64,000 bases of DNA from Candidatus Bathyarchaeota archaeon (GTDB taxonomy: Archaea > Thermoproteota > Bathyarchaeia > Bathyarchaeales > Bathycorpusculaceae), in assembly GCA_963832745.1 (NCBI GenBank), contig CAWHVC010000001.1, positions 544,001-608,000 on the forward strand, read 5' to 3'. The translations under genes and the position numbers were made by a program. The notes under the pieces were generated by a model. That model was not told the origin of the DNA and ran no database searches. It saw only the letters and a program-made list of their open reading frames with translations. Shown one piece after another: positions 61,808 to 64,000 of this stretch (positions are counted from its first letter, which is position 1; the number at the start of each line of letters is the position of its first letter).

Positions 61808-61816
61808 AACGCTTTT

Positions 61817-62821
61817 TTAAAGGGCTAACTGCTTTTTTATTTCCTCAACTTCTTTTAAACTCAATTCTTTAGGAAAATTGTACAATGGGCCACTAGGTTT
61901 TTCGTTATAAAACGGTCTATTGCAGTCTTTGCACCCGGAAGTCTGAAAAGGAACGCCACTGGCAACGGTTTCTTGTAAAACAGCCATATCAACGCCGAAA
62001 CCCAATATTTTTCCGGCTCCATCAAAAATCATACGCTCCAAAAAAGTTTTCTTATTTACAAGTAGGTACCGTGCAAGTTGCACTCGCCGATAAGACTCAA
62101 GACATGGCGGAGGATGCGTCTCTAAAGCGGTACCACGCACTGGGGTAAACGCAAACAAAGCAGGCAAAACACCCATAGCCACGCACTGTTGAATCAAACC
62201 TGCTGCTTCTTTTTCGGTTTCCCCAAGCCCAACAATCAAATGAGTACTTACGTTGCCCACCCCAAAAACCCTCAAAGCCTCTTCAAGCAGACAAAACTGA
62301 CTCGTCCAACTGTAAATACGCCCCTCGGCGCCCTTGACTCTGTTGAAGATTGCTTCGGTTGCAGCATCTAAAGCTATTGCGATGCGGTTAACACCAGCGT
62401 TTTTAAGAAACAGAATGTTTTGGCTGTTGAGTGGTTGACATGAAACAGAAACTGGAATACCTGTAGGCCTTTTAATTTCTTTAACTAAGGCTTCAAGATG
62501 CAAAAACACGTTCGGATAATTTAAGGCTTGTATGCAAACGCGTTTGATTTTTCCGTTATTAACAGCGGCATTTAATGCTTCAATTAGTTGGACAGTTGGG
62601 AAGTTGGGCCAAGTGACTCTTGAAAGCATCTGCGTACTGCTTTTGCTGCCTTTGGCTTGTGGGCAGAAACCACAGTTAGCGGTGCATTTACCTTCTTTGT
62701 AGGTCATCAAATAGGCTGTTGTGGGGGCTGCGTCTAATTTGCCCTTCAGCAAGCCTAAAACAATGGCGGTGCCTAATGAAACACGGGTTTGAAGCGGCAA
62801 GTTTAGGCTGGGTTGATTCAA
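61817..62821 (-). CDS. lipS2: Radical SAM protein, LipS2-like lipoyl synthase subunit
   Basis: CTANCGFC plus C-terminal TSGCKDCNRP, matching the TxGCxxC(N/D)RP LipS2 motif. Confidence 0.75.
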   Translation of the reverse strand: MNQPSLNLPLQTRVSLGTAIVLGLLKGKLDAAPTTAYLMTYKEGKCTANCGFCPQAKGSKSSTQMLSRVTWPNFPTVQLIEALNAAVNNGKIKRVCIQALNYPNVFLHLEALVKEIKRPTGIPVSVSCQPLNSQNILFLKNAGVNRIAIALDAATEAIFNRVKGAEGRIYSWTSQFCLLEEALRVFGVGNVSTHLIVGLGETEKEAAGLIQQCVAMGVLPALFAFTPVRGTALETHPPPCLESYRRVQLARYLLVNKKTFLERMIFDGAGKILGFGVDMAVLQETVASGVPFQTSGCKDCNRPFYNEKPSGPLYNFPKELSLKEVEEIKKQLAL

Positions 62822-62854
62822 GTTTGCACCTTTAAAATGAATTATGACTGGGGT

Positions 62855-63424
62855 TTATGGCTTTTTAGTTACATTGTTTGTGTTTGCTGGTTGCATTTTT
62901 GTTTGGGCGACAATGAAAACCTTTTTTGTTATACCTGCGAGACCAAGCATACGGGTAATAAAGGACGTTACAGTGAACGCGAATACGCCCCCTTGAACAA
63001 TTATGAAAACCAACGCGGTGGGCGAAAGCAGAGTTAAAACTATACCGATGTAAAGCACGCTGCCAATGTATTTTCCCAACGGGTCATAAAGCCGCTTGCC
63101 AAAATAGCCTGAAACGGCAAACTGTGCAAAGGAACCAACAATCAACAACAACAGCCAAACTGGGTAGTAACCGTTTAGAGCAAAAACTGAAAAAATCCCC
63201 AAGACCAAGATGAAGTCTGTTACTGCATCAAAATAGGCACCCATTTTTGAGGCTACGTTTAGTTTTCTGGCGATGAAGCCGTCAAGCAGGTCGGTGCTGG
63301 CGGCTAACGCGAAAACGAGAAGGCACAAAGAAGGAGAGCCGACGCTGTTAAAGTAAAGAAACAGGGGCAAAGCTGCAATTCTTAGCATGCTTACGCCATT
63401 GGGGATTAAAGTTTTAGGACTCAC
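62855..63424 (-). CDS. CDP-alcohol phosphatidyltransferase
   Basis: DLLDGFIARKLNVASKMGAYFDAVTD motif. Confidence 0.9.
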   Translation of the reverse strand: MSPKTLIPNGVSMLRIAALPLFLYFNSVGSPSLCLLVFALAASTDLLDGFIARKLNVASKMGAYFDAVTDFILVLGIFSVFALNGYYPVWLLLLIVGSFAQFAVSGYFGKRLYDPLGKYIGSVLYIGIVLTLLSPTALVFIIVQGGVFAFTVTSFITRMLGLAGITKKVFIVAQTKMQPANTNNVTKKP

Positions 63425-63437
63425 AGGTTTTGCCTTC

Positions 63438-63999
63438 TTATGGATGTATGCTGCTTGCTTGCTGTGTTAACTCGGTCATGTTGCGGTTGCTTCGGAACAG
63501 AGTTAATGACTGGATTACTTGGCCATGTGCATCTTGTACGATTTTGTTCATTGCTACGGATGCGTTTAGTGGGTCTAACCCGCCGCCGACTGTGACTATG
63601 GTTGTGTTTACGCCGTTGAGGTCTCCGACGCGGTAAAGGTAGTTGGTTAGGGTTGGTGCAGGGTTGAAGTCATATATTGGCCAGCAAAGTACCAGCAGTT
63701 GATACTTTGACAGGTTACAGGGGGCTTCTTTGCTTGCAGTTGTTAATTCTACTTGCCAACCGTTTGATACCAAACCATCGGCGTAGGCTGAAGCAACATC
63801 TTTAGTGAAGCTGGTCAAGCCTGGATGATATATTACTAATGCTATTTTCTGGCCTGAAGAGTTTAAGGTTTTTGTATAAGTAACTTCACGATACACGCTG
63901 TATTCAAGATAAACGCTTAAACCGGCAAAAACTGCTAAAACAACAAGGAGGGCCAGTTAGCATGATTTTTTTCCACCTTTTGGTGGGCCAATACTTCAA
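63438..63999 (-). CDS. Membrane-anchored flavodoxin-like protein, +1 frameshift at ~63951
   Basis: KIALVIYHPG..FT..YQLLVL..PIY; N-terminus MKYWPTKRWKKIMLTG/LLVVLAVF restored by removing one base. Confidence 0.65.
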
Positions 64000-64000
64000 G

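Noticed and set aside
1-64000. CRISPR arrays and rRNA genes
   Set aside because: No regularly spaced direct repeats or rRNA-like sequence seen.

Overview
Archaeal chromosome segment. S30e, crenarchaeal-type SSB, Elp3, class III signal-peptide pilins and T-rich terminators point to a TACK archaeon, most likely Bathyarchaeia (inference). 1-2.1 kb looks like the edge of a mobile region: an IS6-like transposase coupled to an RHH gene, and an atypical tRNA with an Arg-type body but an ACU anticodon. 2.2-17 kb is mostly housekeeping and transport. 17.9-32 kb is a type IV pilus locus with an assembly ATPase, two TadB/TadC-like proteins, small pilins, and three large pilins that share a near-identical N-terminal pilin module but carry different adhesin-like C-termini. 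A degenerate HerA-like ATPase and a degenerate KaiC-like ATPase also lie there. 32-50 kb is an AT-rich glycan cluster: five glycosyltransferases, a DegT aminotransferase, a GH5 hydrolase, two radical SAM enzymes and a fourth large pilin fused to a putative deacetylase-like domain plus two discoidin domains. The best candidate for an undescribed system is this modular pilin-display plus glycan-synthesis locus. 50-64 kb holds a CBS-HPF hibernation factor, pyrK/pyrD, an ABC exporter module, a LeuA-family synthase and a LipS2-like protein. Six genes are split by single +1 insertions, probably sequencing errors. All calls come from motif recognition by eye; no database searches were run.
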